A DNA stretch of 64,000 nucleotides from Bigelowiella natans CCMP2755. Taxonomy: Eukaryota > Protista > Cercozoa. The first letter of the stretch is position 1. Each line of letters starts with the position of its first letter. Below the pieces are notes generated by a model that ran no database searches, was not told where the DNA came from, and saw only the letters and a list, made by a program, of their open reading frames with translations. The translations under genes were made by a program, and so were the position numbers. Below, piece by piece: positions 1-14,322 of this stretch. Location of the stretch: positions 1 to 64,000 of the forward strand of contig ADNK01000342.1 of NCBI GenBank assembly GCA_000320545.1, given 5' to 3'.

Positions 1-77
1 TTTGGTAAACAGTGGATGAGAGAAGGGACAAGGATTCAAGTGCTTCTTGTTTACACTCGCACACACACGCACACAAG

Positions 78-121
<44 letters not shown>

Positions 122-139
122 TACAGGCACATTGTTTCT

Positions 140-1874
140 CACCCCTGGATGTACTCGATGGCTATCGACTTATGATCAGTGATGAGAATCTTTTCAATTG
201 GATATGGAGCAATCACTCGTATTACTTTATGATGTGTGTTTGCATGTGGGGAGAAGGGGGGGGAGGGGGGGGGATGATGTCTGATACGGTCAATGTTAGG
301 TATAATCATGATATTTGGAGAAAGTATGCAGCAAAATCCACCTTGTCCACGCTTTGGAACGTGGTGACAAAGTTAAGGGGCACATCGGTAAGAAACCACA
401 CAGTCTGTTGGGGTTGTCATTATTATTGATAATAAGTGATTATGAAATAATAGCAAAAATAATAACAGTGTTATTATTATCAATTACTACTACCGCATGC
501 AAACCACATCTCTTGAAATCTCTCTCACAATTTATGCAGCACCAATAAACTGCGCGCTATTCATGAAGAAGGATGGGATAGAACTACAATACTGCTACTG
601 CTACTACTGCTATTACTACCACTACTATCTACTACTGCTGCTACTACTACCTGAATCCAGTTCATGGCAGTTAGAAAGTCCGATTGTGTCTCAAACGCCA
701 ACGTGAGAGGCAAAGTTATTGCCTGGTGAGATTCAATTAAAGGGGAGGAGCAACGAGTAACAATATAGGTCAACTTCGATGGAATGCGAGAATGAATGCG
801 GATTGATTACAGGGAATTGAAGAGTGATAGCTATTTTGGAGTGTTAGTTAGTGTTATCTATACTATGCGATGTCTTACCAGGATAATGAGCAGCACACAT
901 GTTATAGAGTCCCACAGCTTCCGGAAGAAACTATTATGGTGCACGATGATTCCCTGTTTTGAGTTCGCAATATTTGAGAGAGGGGTTAGAACAATAACGA
1001 TATTGACGAAGGGATAATAGGGAATCATGTCATCGGATCGAAATAGCAAGCGAGATTTATGAGATACAGACCTACTTCTAAGTATCAGTAGCTACAACGC
1101 TCGTCAACTACTGAGCACTACTGACCTTTCCTGCAATGGAATCATCCCGTTCTGGATCTAAGAGTAGAGCGATCATAAATTTCATTTCACAGAGCCTCAC
1201 ATATGTACAGTATGTTTTCACTTTTGGGTTGCATGCCTTCCAATAAACAAGGATTTGATATCGCTTCTCTGACCGTGTTGGCGATCTTTTTCCTTCACCC
1301 AGAATATCTTCACCAAGAAATTATCTTCTTCCATAAAATTGGCTTGGCGCTTCCACTCCTCCGAAAACGTTTTCAGAAAGGACTAATATATTGCAGGCGC
1401 ACATGAAGGGTCGGGTAAGATCTGAAGACAATTTAGTCATTTACCATGCTGCCTTTCCGTTGTACAGGGGGCGCTGTTTTCTTGTATGGGTTCAATGCCA
1501 TCGTTTCTACTATTCCGAGAGATCTTCCTGAAACGCCTGCACGTTGTTCTCCCCCAACCCCTCCCAGGTGGAAGAGACACACTGGGATCCGTATTCCTGT
1601 TAACTTATGACAAAAATCTGCGACATGAAAATGACTTTGTCGCAGTCCAAATATCCCCTGTAAGGATAAAATGATCATGCCGTTCTTTCGGAATGAAGGC
1701 TGATAGTAGAAAACGACAGAGCTAAAAGAAGAATAAGAAGCTAGAAGTGAAAATTATTACTTTGAGAAAATACCGGTAGATCTACGTTCCCGAAAGATTC
1801 CTACCACGATTTTTCCAGGATGTTGGGGGAACGAAACCGTCGCACACTTGCAACGGGAGGCATCCTCCAATCAT
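140..1874 (-). CDS. Cyclic-nucleotide-binding-domain family cation/K+ channel (EAG/HCN/CNG-like), 5' part; multi-exon, continues off the left edge
   Basis: Stitched minus-strand exons read GIIVHHNSFFRKLWDSITCVLLI (~880-960), QAITLPLTLAFETQSDF (~650-725), VWFLTDVPLNFVTTF (~345-405) and ILITDHKSIAIEYIQG (~143-190). These are the S1-S3 signatures (WD, P..LAF, F..D..LNF.T, D...IA..Y..G) of KCNH/HCN/CNG channels. Start ATG at 1874 is tentative. Confidence 0.8.
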
Positions 1875-2052
1875 CGAGAAAATATCTCGGGAGAAATGAC
1901 TCACAGAATCTTCGTATATTGGGAGATTGCCGCTTGTGTTTTTCTGTGCGACAACATGAATTATTTGTCGCAGGAATAATACTGCTCTACCCTGCGGAAG
2001 TTTTGGCTCCCAGCCTCCTCCCCCTTGTGCTCTCATCTCGTAGCTCATGCGC

Positions 2053-4287
2053 ATGGCATCGTTCACCCGCACCATTCCAAAACGATTTGCTCGCGCTATC
2101 TCCTCACCTGCTCTCCGAATAGGAGTCGGATTCGGCGTGACCGCTACCGCCGCATCGCTCGCAGGGAGTGCATTCGGATTTCCATCGTTTGCCCGTGGCG
2201 AGGAAACAAAGATTATCGTCGGGACTTACACACAAAAGCTAGGCCATGTCGACGGGAAAGGCCGAGGGCTTTACTCGTTTGATCTAGACCCGTATTCAGG
2301 TACTCGTCGCATCTTGTTTGGGGGATTATGAATTTGCGGTTGGAGATGGAAGTGTACGGCGGCGCTTTACATGTGAAAAGCAAGACATCAATGACAAAAC
2401 ACCCTTTCCTTTATCTTCTATCTCTCGCCTGCCTATCAGGAGCGCTTAATTTCGAGTCGACATTCAGTGACGCCGGTGAAAACCCCACATATCTTTGCCG
2501 AAACGGGGACATGCTCTACGTCGTCAATGAGCTGTATGAGGATGATGGCGATGTGACCGTTTATCGAATCGCTACGGACAAAGACTCAGGAAAGCTTACG
2601 CTGGAAAAGGGAAACTCCTGCTCAGCCCTCGGTGGTGGGACATGCCATGTCTCGACCACACCGAACCGGACGTTCGTCGCTGTCGCCAACTACGACGGTA
2701 GTTTCAAGTAAAGGGCGTCGTAGTTTCAAGTAAAGGGATGGGGCGAGATTGAGGAGGAATAACAATCACTACAAAATAGCACAAATGCATTTAAAACAAA
2801 CTGCCTCGACCCAAAAGATAAAGCGTTTTTGCACGATATTCTTATATGCCCCACGTTCACAGGAGGCGAGCGATCGGAGAAGAGAAGCGGCTCAAGCCTC
2901 GCTGTCTATCATCTTCATCCTGACGGAAGAATCGGTGACCTTGCTGCAGCTCTAACGCATAAGGGCAAAGGGACAAACGGAAATCCTGCTCGCCAGGGAG
3001 AACCACACGCTCACATGGCATACGTGGAAGCATGCGGGCCCGATCACAAGGACGGCTACGCGGTGCTCACGCCCGACCTCGGACTAGATCAGGTGTTGAT
3101 TAAGGGAAATCATGATGATGATGATGTGGTGATGATGATGACGCGTTGAAGTGTAATGTACATCGATACATTAACGTCTGTCCGTTCCCGCGTTGGCTCT
3201 CTCCTCCTCACCCCCCGAATTAATCAAGGTCAAGCAGTACTTTCTTTCTCCTAACGGGGTTCTGCTGCCACACCCTGGCCGCGAGTCTGTGTCGCATGCG
3301 GCGGGTTCTGGTCCGCGACACATGGTTATTCATCCGAGTGGAAAATTCGCATATGTTGCCGATGAGCTCACGAGCACCGTCTGTTTGCACAGGTTTGGTT
3401 TGTCCTTTCCCTACCCACCCTCTGTAAACACAGTCAATTAAAACTAACGTAACAGGGGAGAGCATACCATTCGTCATCCCACGCAACAGTTTCTATTCTC
3501 TCCTAATAAATACACGCGCGCGCGCGCGCGCACAAATTGCTTCAGCTACGATTCTGCCGTGGGGACCTTAGGGCCAATAGCGCAACGAATTTCCACCATC
3601 CCAGCTGGATTTGTAAGTCCACACCAATATATTATAAATATCTAATAATCTAGGAAGAAGAGGAAGAGAGGGGAGGGTATTATTAGGCAGTACACGTCAG
3701 CCATTATCTTTTAATGGCAAGCATTTCAGTGGCATCATGTGCATTAATGTCGTCCTTTATGGCTGGTTCTCCATTTGATCAGGTCGATGGCGAAGTGACA
3801 GACAAGGACACGAGCATTGCAGCAATCCGTGCTCACCCTTCGGTAGGTTGGCCTCAAGGATTTCAACAACCGTTTTTGAGGCCCTCTTCTTTGATTTGAC
3901 TGGCATGTGACATTTTCTTGCATCGAATAATGTGTTCACCATATTTATAACCCTTGCCCTATCAAGGGAAAATTCGTTTACGTCAGCAATCGCGTTGTGG
4001 GCGGTGAGGGAATCATCACGGTGTTCCGCGTGGAAGATGAGAGCGGAGAAGCATCCTCGCCATCTCACGGAGGCCGGCTTCAGGCTTCAAGTTACCACAA
4101 GACCGGCGGAGCTACTCCCCGCGATTTCACGCTACTTAAAGACAATGGTTCGCTGATGATTGTGGCCAACCAGGACTCTGATAACCTCGTCACGTTCAAG
4201 GTCAATGGAGAGACTGGCGCTCTGTTACCGACCGGTAAGGTCGCTCATTGCCCCTCGCCCGTCGCCATTGTATCTGTGCCGCAGTGA
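2053..4287 (+). CDS. pgl: 6-phosphogluconolactonase / cycloisomerase-2 family 7-bladed beta-propeller (YbhE/Pgl type), 7 exons, with N-terminal presequence
   Basis: Phase-consistent GT-AG exons 2053-2299, 2440-2697, 2863-3092, 3229-3392, 3546-3612, 3783-3842 and 3967-4287. Motifs include IVGTYT, NPTYL, VANYDGG, RQGEPHAH, PDLGLDQV, GSGPRHMVIHPSGKFAYVADEL, GKFVYVSNR, TPRDF and VANQDSDNL. Confidence 0.92.
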
Positions 4288-5154
4288 GACTGCAAAATCC
4301 ATTGGAACGTTTAGTAATGTGACCGCCAAGGAGCTGGTGCTCCCGCATCGCATGTGGCTCTCGCAATGTATGGAAGAGCACGCCGTGAAGGTGTATGCCG
4401 AGCGTGCACTTAGGATGCATGCAATGAGCACACACACGGCCATTTCCACAAAACGATGTAGTCTATCATTGCAGTGTGCAGGTGTGTAGACGACGTGCAA
4501 CTAGAAACGCGTGTGTGGTTAGCACAAGTGCACTGTGCATATCTAGATAATTTCACGCATGCCATTTAATAACTTATGCTAAAAACTTCACTGTGCACAG
4601 CGAACGTGCGTTATGATGCATATACGTACGCGCTAGCTATGCCGTCGATATGTAAAGGAGGATGTTCTCCGATGTACACGCTTATGTGCCAATCTACTTG
4701 CAATATCTTAATGAGACAGAACGCCAGCGAGTCGATCGAACTGCTGCCCTGGCTGGCTTGAAGCAAGTGGCTGTTATTTTGCTATTTTGCCAGTCACATG
4801 CGACGAGCGTTGCATGCAATTGTTCAGATTAATGCGTAGCAACGCACGATCGGCCGGGACGCGTCATTATTACGACTAGCATTCGATCGTATTGATTAGC
4901 ACGTAGGCGCTCTAGCTATTATTGTAGTTACGTTAGGCCAATCAACAAGCTGACTCTCTGTAACTAAAAGACGAGCTTTGGTCCACGGCCGATACGCAAA
5001 GAAACAATCGCAACATGTACTCTAGATATGGTAGCGCTTCGAGTACACAAATATGCCTTATTACGCGCTATGGTGCTGCGGTTTTACGTACAACAAATTG
5101 CCAATGACATATGTGTACATTGCGTTGGCTGGGGCTTCGAAATTATTACACTTA

Positions 5155-5236
5155 TCAAATGCCACGTAGTAATTCTTTTATCATTAAATTGCAGAGCTCT
5201 CTCCAAACATACGACTGCATCGTTTGATTGGGAGCG

Positions 5237-5298
<62 letters not shown>

Positions 5299-5457
5299 TG
5301 TATGCTGTTTATTTATTTCTCATTCTACGATATACGCTTATTGCTGCCTCTATATCAATCACTGCCTCGTTAGTATTGCTAGAAGTATCTATTTAAATAT
5401 TCCGTCAGTTAGCGTAGAAGAAGTGTACAACCTGTGCTTTCTATCGCTTAAGACGCG

Positions 5458-5514
<57 letters not shown>

Positions 5515-5914
5515 ATCCTGTCTCTCCCTCCCCCCTCCCCATCACTACTCATCATTTACGAGTTGCATCTTGCTGCCATTCATTTATCATGTGTCGGTTG
5601 TTGTTATGGTTGTCGGCTCATCCACCCTTTGGAAACTGAACTTATGCTCTGGCGACGGACAGAACGCCTTCATCGTATCGTCGCATTCATGCACCCCGGA
5701 GAAGCAACCACGAGGGAGAGAGTTAGAAATAACAAAGGGGGAAATCAGAGACAGGGAAGGGGGCAGGTATGGCTAAGTATTCACGTTGTGGTTCGAATGG
5801 AAGCTAATCCATAATACAAGGCTATATTCTCATAATCAAAAGTCTTTGAAAAGGAATACGCATGTTCTTGAGTCGAGCTGACCGTGCCATACAACAAAAT
5901 GTCCGGCCTTCGCT

Positions 5915-5984
<70 letters not shown>

Positions 5985-6164
5985 CATGTTCCGTGCTAGA
6001 TATTTCCTTTTGTTTTGGGGAAAATCGTCTTTAATCGATACCTTGACTTTGGCGTGCACGGCCTTCAGAAATTCCTCAAAAGGGAGTTTCTACGATGTCC
6101 ATGATGGTTTGTGTGCGTGTGCGTGTGCGTGTGCGTGTGCGTGTGCGTGTGCGTGTGCGTGTGC

Positions 6165-6201
<37 letters not shown>

Positions 6202-9200
6202 CGAGTGCGTGTGTCGCGAGGTAGAGAAAAATCATCGTGATGAGGCATGAGAGAGGGCTCTATGAAGTTTGATCGAACACATGAGTGAGCAACAAGATAC
6301 CTTAGCATTGTAAAGCGGGAGTGCATTAAGTCGTTTGTGAGTGTGTCCCGAGTTATCAAAACCTCGGTCCCTAGCCTCCACCCGTCCCCCCCCCCCCCCC
6401 CCCTCCCTTCGCCGACCTGTTTATTGATTAGAACAGTGGACTGTGGTGTTCGCAAGTCCTCAGGCCGTATCACCGTTGTAGCCACGCAACTGTGATGAGA
6501 TCTTACAACCTGAACCAAGAGCAGCAAGTGATAACAAATGAATGCCGATTGGCAAGAAGATGACAATGATGACGATGACGATGACGATGATGATGATGAT
6601 GATGATGACAAATTTGACCCACAAAGACAATATGTTATCGAGTGCGAAATATAATCTAGCAATAGCGACAGTGCGTTTGCTCTTCAACTTGGCAAATGCC
6701 ATCGGTGGTTTCTCTAATAATGAGAAGGGAAAGAACTACGAGCTTCTTCCTGATGTTTGTGCAGCTGCAATGTGATCATGTAGCTATCAACCGCGTAAGG
6801 TGCGTGCTGTTATTAGTCAATACCGGCTCATTTTCTGTAAGCGTCGTGTGTTCAAACTGCGAAGGGATTAGCGATATAGACCATAATGACGATGATGGTG
6901 ATGAGGATGGTGATAATGATGGTGATGATGATGATGATGATGGTGAGGGTGATGATGCAGAAATGGCAAATGAACATGACTATCCATGATGCGAGAATGC
7001 GGAGGAGGATAATGCTGCCCCAACACTGGTGGGTCAAGATAAGAAACACCCACACCCACACACACACACGCACACACACACGCACACCTCCTACCATAAT
7101 CATAATCCCTACTACTGCTGCTACTACTACTGCTGCTACCCAATCAAAGTGTTGTATTGCTATTTCTTTCTTCAAAATCCTCACAGCAACCGTCACCTAA
7201 GAGTTTTTGAGCAAATTAGTCAAATGCAAGAGCTGGCGAGGAATTATTATGATGATTAGTTTCGGTGTGGTTGATAACACTAATTTGCATTTTGCTCTAC
7301 TGCTCAGAGAGCGCCCAACTGACACGCACACGCACGCACACACACACACATGCACGCACACACACATACACATACACACACGCTCACAATCATAATCACA
7401 ATCACAAACATAATCACAATCACAATCACCTGGTTGGGATCAGTGGATATTCTTGGCCGAAGAAACGACTCTGGAGAAGAAGAAGATGCATTCCCGGTTG
7501 GCGTATTCTTCTTCTTCTTGTTCCCTGCCGATGCTGCTTTCTTGTTCAGATGTTTGCCTGATGCATTATAGCATTAGTCCCAACTCACACATTGCAGAAT
7601 GACAATAGCGTTCCGGCTAGTAACAGTCGTGATATATGCAAAACGTGTCCCCCCCCCTCTCTTTCTCTCGCCCTCTCTCTCTCATTAGCTGAGAGATGGT
7701 ATACACAAAAAATATGTTGGGTATTTGTGACTTACGTAGCATCTTATACGTAGTGCCGCTAATATTCGTCCTGTTGGAGCAGAGCGCAATGATCTAGAGG
7801 GCGACGAGGACAACGATGGTACGGATCAACTTCCACGACACAAGAAGACAAGTATCGTCGATTGTTCGAAATGCTGATTTAACGACTACGTCAAAACGTT
7901 TTTTTGTTTTGTTTTGGGGAAGTGTTGTGTTCTGCAGCGAATTATCACCATTTCCGCAAGCTCCGCTCCTGTGACAGTTGGCGTCGGCGTCTGAGGCTGT
8001 CGTTGGGACGATTCCTCGGTGTAGATCTTCTCGATAAATCCAACCCGACGAATGTGGTTCTCCAGGAGACTTCGGAGCAACGCTAAGGTACCATAATGCA
8101 ACCATAGGCTTCTTATCCTTCTTCTTCCAAACGAATTGGCATTTGCCATGAACGATGTGTTGTGTGCTATCTGTGGACGCTTGTGTGCAGTTTCATTAAT
8201 CTGTCTTGTGCTACTCACTACCGATGTTCGCATCGAGGCTGCCTTTTCCCTGATAGCAGCGGCAAGTGAGCAAACGGGTGGCATCTCATCTCGGATTAGC
8301 GATAAAAGGCGTGAAGAAGAAGAGGAAGAAGAAGCAGTAGTTTACAGCTATTCTGAGAGTACAGACCATTGTGCAAAGATGCTTCTCACGTACCGAAGGA
8401 CGACGGTACCTTTTGCCGTATGCAATAAACACAGTAGTAGCAGCAGCAGCAGGAGGAGGAGGAGGAGGAGGAGGAGGAGTAGCAAGTCTTTCGTCAATAA
8501 AAATGTGTCTCGAAAGAGCTGCAGTTACTCGTAGATTTGGAAGAATAACACGGGAGTATTATCCAATCAAAGAGAGAGGGAGGGAGAGAGAGAGAGAGAG
8601 AGAGAGAGATTTAGACATTAATACTGCTGATGATTATGTTTATGACTTACATTCCGTGCACACTACGTGAGCGACTCATTCTCACTGTGCTTGGTTCGGA
8701 TGATGACAAGGAAAATGATGGCTTTGATGGAGAAGAAGGCACATCCTGAGGTTCTGTCTTGATGCTGCTGCCCCTGCAATCGCCCCCCCCCCCCCCCCCC
8801 CCCCCCGACAATAAAAACCAAAGATGGAGAAACAACAAAAAGTAGCGCATGATCTTATCGTCTTTGCTTCAGATGTATCATGCGTATCTATCGACTGTGT
8901 GTCATTTGCAACTTATACATACACACCAGTGACGGAGATGATGGTGATAGTAACGATGATGATGACGATGATGATGATGGTGATGGTGATGGTGGTGGTA
9001 ATGATGATAGAATACCTGGAGGCGCTCGCATTGAAATGATGCAGGTCTTTCTGGTGCGGCTGCTGCCTTTTCACTCCTCTCGAAGAACAACGCAGTTGCG
9101 AGCAAGGAGGGCCTGAATGGTGTGTTTTAAGGTTTCCCATCATTTGCGATGACCACGAAGAGGAGGAGGAGAAAAGGGGGGAGGGGGGGAAGAGATCGTG

Positions 9201-9721
9201 GTGGTGGTGGTGAGAATGTGTTCATTAGAGGCATCACATCAAAATACTTACTTTTCACCCAATCTCAAATATTTGCTCAACCACGCACAATACATCAATA
9301 GCGCGTGGGTGTATGCGTACGTCACGTTGGTGATATATACCTGGGGATTTCGAGCCACGTGGAGACGCCGTAAATCCATTTATCGGTGTCTTTCTAAGTC
9401 GGCCTCTGCTTCTCAACGACGCTGCTGCTGCTGCTGATGATGATGATGATGACGACGATGAGGAGGAGGAAGGAGGAGAGGCAATAGCATCTTCGGAGCT
9501 TACAATCCTCCCTCCTCCCGTCGCCATTGTCGGCGTTTCTACTGGTGCGACTTGGGCTGTGGCCGACTCAAAGAAAGGCGGAGAGGAGTTGTTCGAATGC
9601 TATATATATGAAGGGAATGTGCATTCAAACGCAACACAATCATAGGCATGTGTCAATAAGAAGCCCAAAAGTAAGGAGTTGCAGTATTGTGTGTGTGTGT
9701 GTGTGCGTGTGTGTGTGTGTA

Positions 9722-9765
<44 letters not shown>

Positions 9766-10964
9766 GAAGGAACTCCTCGTTTAACGCACAAAACTACTAC
9801 TACTACTACTACTACTACTATGACTACTACTACTACTTAACAGCATGTGGAAGTGTATAGAATGGCAAATCTGCTCTGGAAAGCAAAACCAGCCCCCCTC
9901 CACATCGCCCCCCCCCCCCGAGATATCAACCTTCTCAACGTCGAAAGTATGTTCTTTGGTGGAAAAAGAGCGAGAGCTAACGAAGAAGTCCATCCCCTTC
10001 CTCTCCCTGCCTGGAGAGAGCGGATTTGTCGGCTTTGTGGATCCTGTTACGGCTGAGGGGGGCGGGGGGAGGGATAGGTGTGATAAGGAAGAAGAAGTTT
10101 AGTTGTAGTGCCAGTTCAACGGCAACGATCATCGTGTGATTATATACGCAGTGGAGAGAGTATTGCATACATTGTTTGATTTCCAATCCTACATCACCAG
10201 CGCATAGCTTCTTCGGACTCTTGTCAGCTTTATCGTGGTCATCTTCAATGTCATGTGACAGCAGACGGAAGGGGGGGGGCAGGTCTGGAGACACATCTCG
10301 TGATGATGATGACCTAGATGCCCTTGAATGACGCCGAACCCCATCAATTGCGCGCTGTGCACTTCTAGGTGGGGGGGGGGGCTCTTTTGTCCTTATCTTC
10401 CTCTCAGGGCTCTGCATACTATAAGCCGATCCACTAATCCTCTCAACTGACACCTTCACTTCCCCTCCCCCCTCCTGCTGCTGCTGCTGATGATGATGAA
10501 AATCCTTTCTCAATCGACCAAATGCCCCCCCCACTCTTCGTCTTCCTTTCATCGGTGTCATTGCCGCTCTTGATGAGGAGGGAATTGAGGGGGAGGCAAT
10601 GACAGCAGCATTAGCACCGTGGTGAAAGATGATCTCCACCACCTCCCTTCTAATATCTCTCATGCGCTGGCGTGGGGCAGAGAGCGGCACATGCCCGAGG
10701 AAAAGTGACCGAGGAAGAGGAGAGCCATCACCAATGGCTAAATGACGTGGCGAAAAGAAGAAAAAGAAAGCAATACGAAGGCAATGAGTAATGAGGATAT
10801 TGGGAGAATAAAAGTCAGATCTTTTGGTTGTTGGTTTTCCCGTTTCCCCCCACATACACTTCTCCCTGAATATGTGGATATTCATGGGGGGGGGGGGCAC
10901 CTTTGAGTCCGAGGCGCTTCATAGACTGGCGCATCGATCCTATTACGTCCTGTAACACACACAT

Positions 10965-11041
<77 letters not shown>

Positions 11042-12755
11042 CAGCAAATAAAATAGTAAATACAGAGTCTCATCACATCATTACATTTCATGATTCCTTA
11101 AATCGTTCCACATACTGCTGCTGCATCACTTAGAGATATAAAACCACAAGCGCTAACTACCTCGTAAAGGCTGATCTTATTTTCGAGGCTCCTCAAGTCC
11201 TTCTTCGTATCGTCCTTGAGAGAGAAAGGGGGGGAGAGAGAGCAAGAGAGAGAGAGATAGAGAGAGACGAGAGAGTAGGGAAGGGAAGGGACGGAAGAGC
11301 GGAACAATCATAAAGTAATCTACATCTCCATAGAGGCAATCAGCACAGCCCCGCCCCTCGGATTATCATGATTTGCCTAGCAGCGGGAAGACATACTACC
11401 AATCCATCAACAATCACCACCTCATCTTGCCCCTTCCCAAAGCTCACCTTGATTAGGTTGTTCTGATCCAGCATTTCTTGGTACTCTTTTACCTTCCGAA
11501 CCAAAGTCTTGCTGCGCTCCAAAGGGGTGGTAGCAGGAGGGGAGGGGGCTGGGAAGGAGGGGGAATTGCTCTCATCATCTAGTCTTTTGCAATTCTCCTC
11601 AGGGCTCTGCTATGGTAGAATAGGGAGGTGATGATGATGATGATGATGATGATGACGATGAACGATAATGATGTGGAGGAGGAGGCCTTCATTACTACAA
11701 CCTGTTCGTCGTAGTTTCCTCCCCTCAAGTCAATCGACTGTTTTCGTTCCATAAGCCGTAGAAACTTTTAATGAGTGGGTCGGAAGGTTTAAGATATGGA
11801 TCATACAAAAAGGCTGCTATCTATATCATAGCACATCATTGCATGATTCCACCTCCTCCATGATTAACTTCTCCTGCCGGCGGAACTCCTCAAGGGAAAC
11901 TGCGATCTAAGATATAGAGTTTTTGAAGGGACTGTTGAGGCACTTATTTGGGGGAGCAAGTTGGCCGAAACCACGATTCGAACAAGTTGCAAGTTTGGCA
12001 GGGAAGATGGAATGTAAAAACGGGCTTCAACCTGTTCTTTTTTGGACTTTAACTTGATTAGTTCAGACGTTACTGCTCCCACAGCATCGCCTTCAATGCG
12101 AAAACAAATCGAGGTTTGGCGGCGCGATACGATACAGAAAGCTACATCTGCAGAATGATGCTCAAACAACTACAAAAAATGGAGTCAAACCTGCCGTGAT
12201 GAATCTTCCTTCGATTATCCCCACCAATAAAGGATCGCGATGTATTCTTCTGTCATAGATAATCATGGCATCTGTTCGTTAATAAGTGGCCGTGTTAGGA
12301 GTTATCAATGCACGAAATTTGCTGCAATTAAACTTAAGATTTGACGGGAAGCAAACGCATACGAACGTTGGGCTGATGAGGTTTAGCGTGGAGGAGGAAT
12401 GTGCTGAATTTGATTAAAACACAGCCAATTTGAGCAACTACAATATCAGGCAATTTAAACAATAGTTTCCTTGCGATGATAATATGTAGAGTGTACACTT
12501 CGATGAAACATGATTACGCTTCTTCTCCCTCTCAATCGACATAAAAACCTTCTTGATTCACTAATAACCTCGAAGTAACTGAATACCTTCCTGCCCTGGG
12601 GAGCCACCACCGATCTCCAATAGCGCTACAGCGTGATATTACAGATATGGATATGAATTAGTTGATGTGGTCCTGGGAGAGCTTACACAACGCTTTCGTT
12701 CCGTAAGAACGAATACTTTCCGCCGTCATGTAGTCTTCTCACCTTTCGCCGGCAT
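5155..12755 (-). CDS. Hypothetical multi-exon protein (coiled-coil and low-complexity middle; C-terminus loosely DUF4378-like)
   Basis: A chain of minus-strand GT-AG bounded open exons runs from MPAK (12755) via ERSKTLVRKVKEYQEMLDQNNLIK, DDTKKDLRSLENKISLYE, LALLRSLLENHIRRVGFIEK, VTVAVRILKKEIAIQHFDW and KLPFEEFLKAVHAKVK to EAVIDIEAAIS-SYVWRELCNLMIKELLRGI*. Not all exon phases were verified, so it could be two genes. Confidence 0.55.
6111..6212. repeat. Intronic compound microsatellite (GTGTGC)n-(GT)n
   Basis: Directly visible; representative of dozens of intronic CA/GT, GA/TC, TA, CTA, GAT and poly-G/C tracts. Confidence 0.95.
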
Positions 12756-14055
12756 GTTTCTTAGATTATCCACACTGTTAATGATGTAAAATTTCCCCCC
12801 CTCATGAGCCTAGAATTAGTAAGTAATTCAGATCTTGCTCCCCCTTTTACAGAGTTGCTCTTCCCCTCACGCTCGTGTTGCCATTAATGCAACGAATGAA
12901 ATGCAGTGCATGTTATCATCCACACTCTGTGATCAATGATTAAGAAGACTTTTTCTCTCTCCCAGTAGATTAGATTGTGGCTCTTCATTATTTTATTTAA
13001 AACTCAGTCTTGTGGGTCCACGTGACTTTCTGCGCGCGTCGCTCAGTGCCTCCATCCTCATTTGACCATTATCGGCCATTGCGCGCTCATATGTTGTACT
13101 CGTTAGCCAACAATCTTAGCTCAAATGCAGATATTATATTAAAAACGAGCTTGAATTTCTTCTTACGACTGAATAATCTCCAACTAATCACAGCATATTA
13201 CGATCCATCCTGGACGCATTTGTCCCCTTGGTTAACACGAAAATTAATGTGCATACTAAATTTTCTTTTCCGGCATTGACGGCCAGATGGTCTGTAAAGG
13301 GCATGTATTTTTCATAAATTTGATGCACATCATCATGTTCAAATCTTCACATCTTTTCTGTCGGTGTTCGAACATTTTTGCGGAAGCGAATCATAATGAA
13401 ATCCAAAATACATGTTATTTTTAATTAACGTCTTCATCTTCAAACGGTTCTTGATGAAAAATATCGTCCCTTCAAATTCTCCCTCTTCAAATTTAAGTCT
13501 TGTGCTACGGGTTCTTTGGGTGGGTTAGCTGGTCTTTGCTCCTGAAATGCAGATTTCCTACGAAGTTTCCAGGATTTCCAGGTATTTCCAGGTTTTTCCC
13601 CGATTTTTCGTGCTGCGACAGAGCATCGACGACGATTGTTGTCGCACCTGTCCTTCGGCAGGGGGACGCGACGACGTAACAATGGGAGTGTTTTAGGCAA
13701 AATAATGATGAGCGAACATGCTGATGAAGTATAGTAACTTCTACGCTGTTGCCCCCTCAAAGTTCATTCGGTCTCCGCTTCAACTCCACGCCCCAGGTCA
13801 ACAGAAAAAGGAGAATCAAGAGGAAGGAGGAGGAGGAGGGGGAGGAGGAAGGAGAGTAGACGAAGATTGCAGAGGGCGAATAATGATTTTTTTCCCACTT
13901 CCTTCTTTTTCCCCCTCTTCATTTCTTCCAAGTCTCTTCGTTCTCGTGCGCCTTCGATTCTGCTCGAGATAAGAGAGCTTCTAGCACCTTCAGGACCTAA
14001 CTGACATGTTTTAGGTTCGTTCTCGGTGCTAATTGCTAAACCTGCATCAACTGGA

Positions 14056-14286
14056 ATGCCCGACTCTACCCGCTCCTTCCTTCTAGCCTTCGCAGGGTGC
14101 TCGCTATTCTGCAGACAAGCAAGTGCTGAACCTAGCTTCCCGTCCCTCCCCAACAGTGCCAGCATTGAATACGAGGTGTCCAATCTGGTCCAGAACTTCA
14201 GCTATGCAGCCAGGTAGTATAAAAAAATTTAACCTTGAAGTACACAGTATGGTGTTCCTCTAAATTATGGGGCTTTGTGAGTGTGC

Positions 14287-14322
<36 letters not shown>

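Noticed and set aside
7197-7232. Apparent terminal exon LLHLTNLLKNS* of the hypothetical gene
   Set aside because: On the minus strand the TAG is better read as a splice acceptor preceded by a branch-like tgactaat, and open exons continue downstream.
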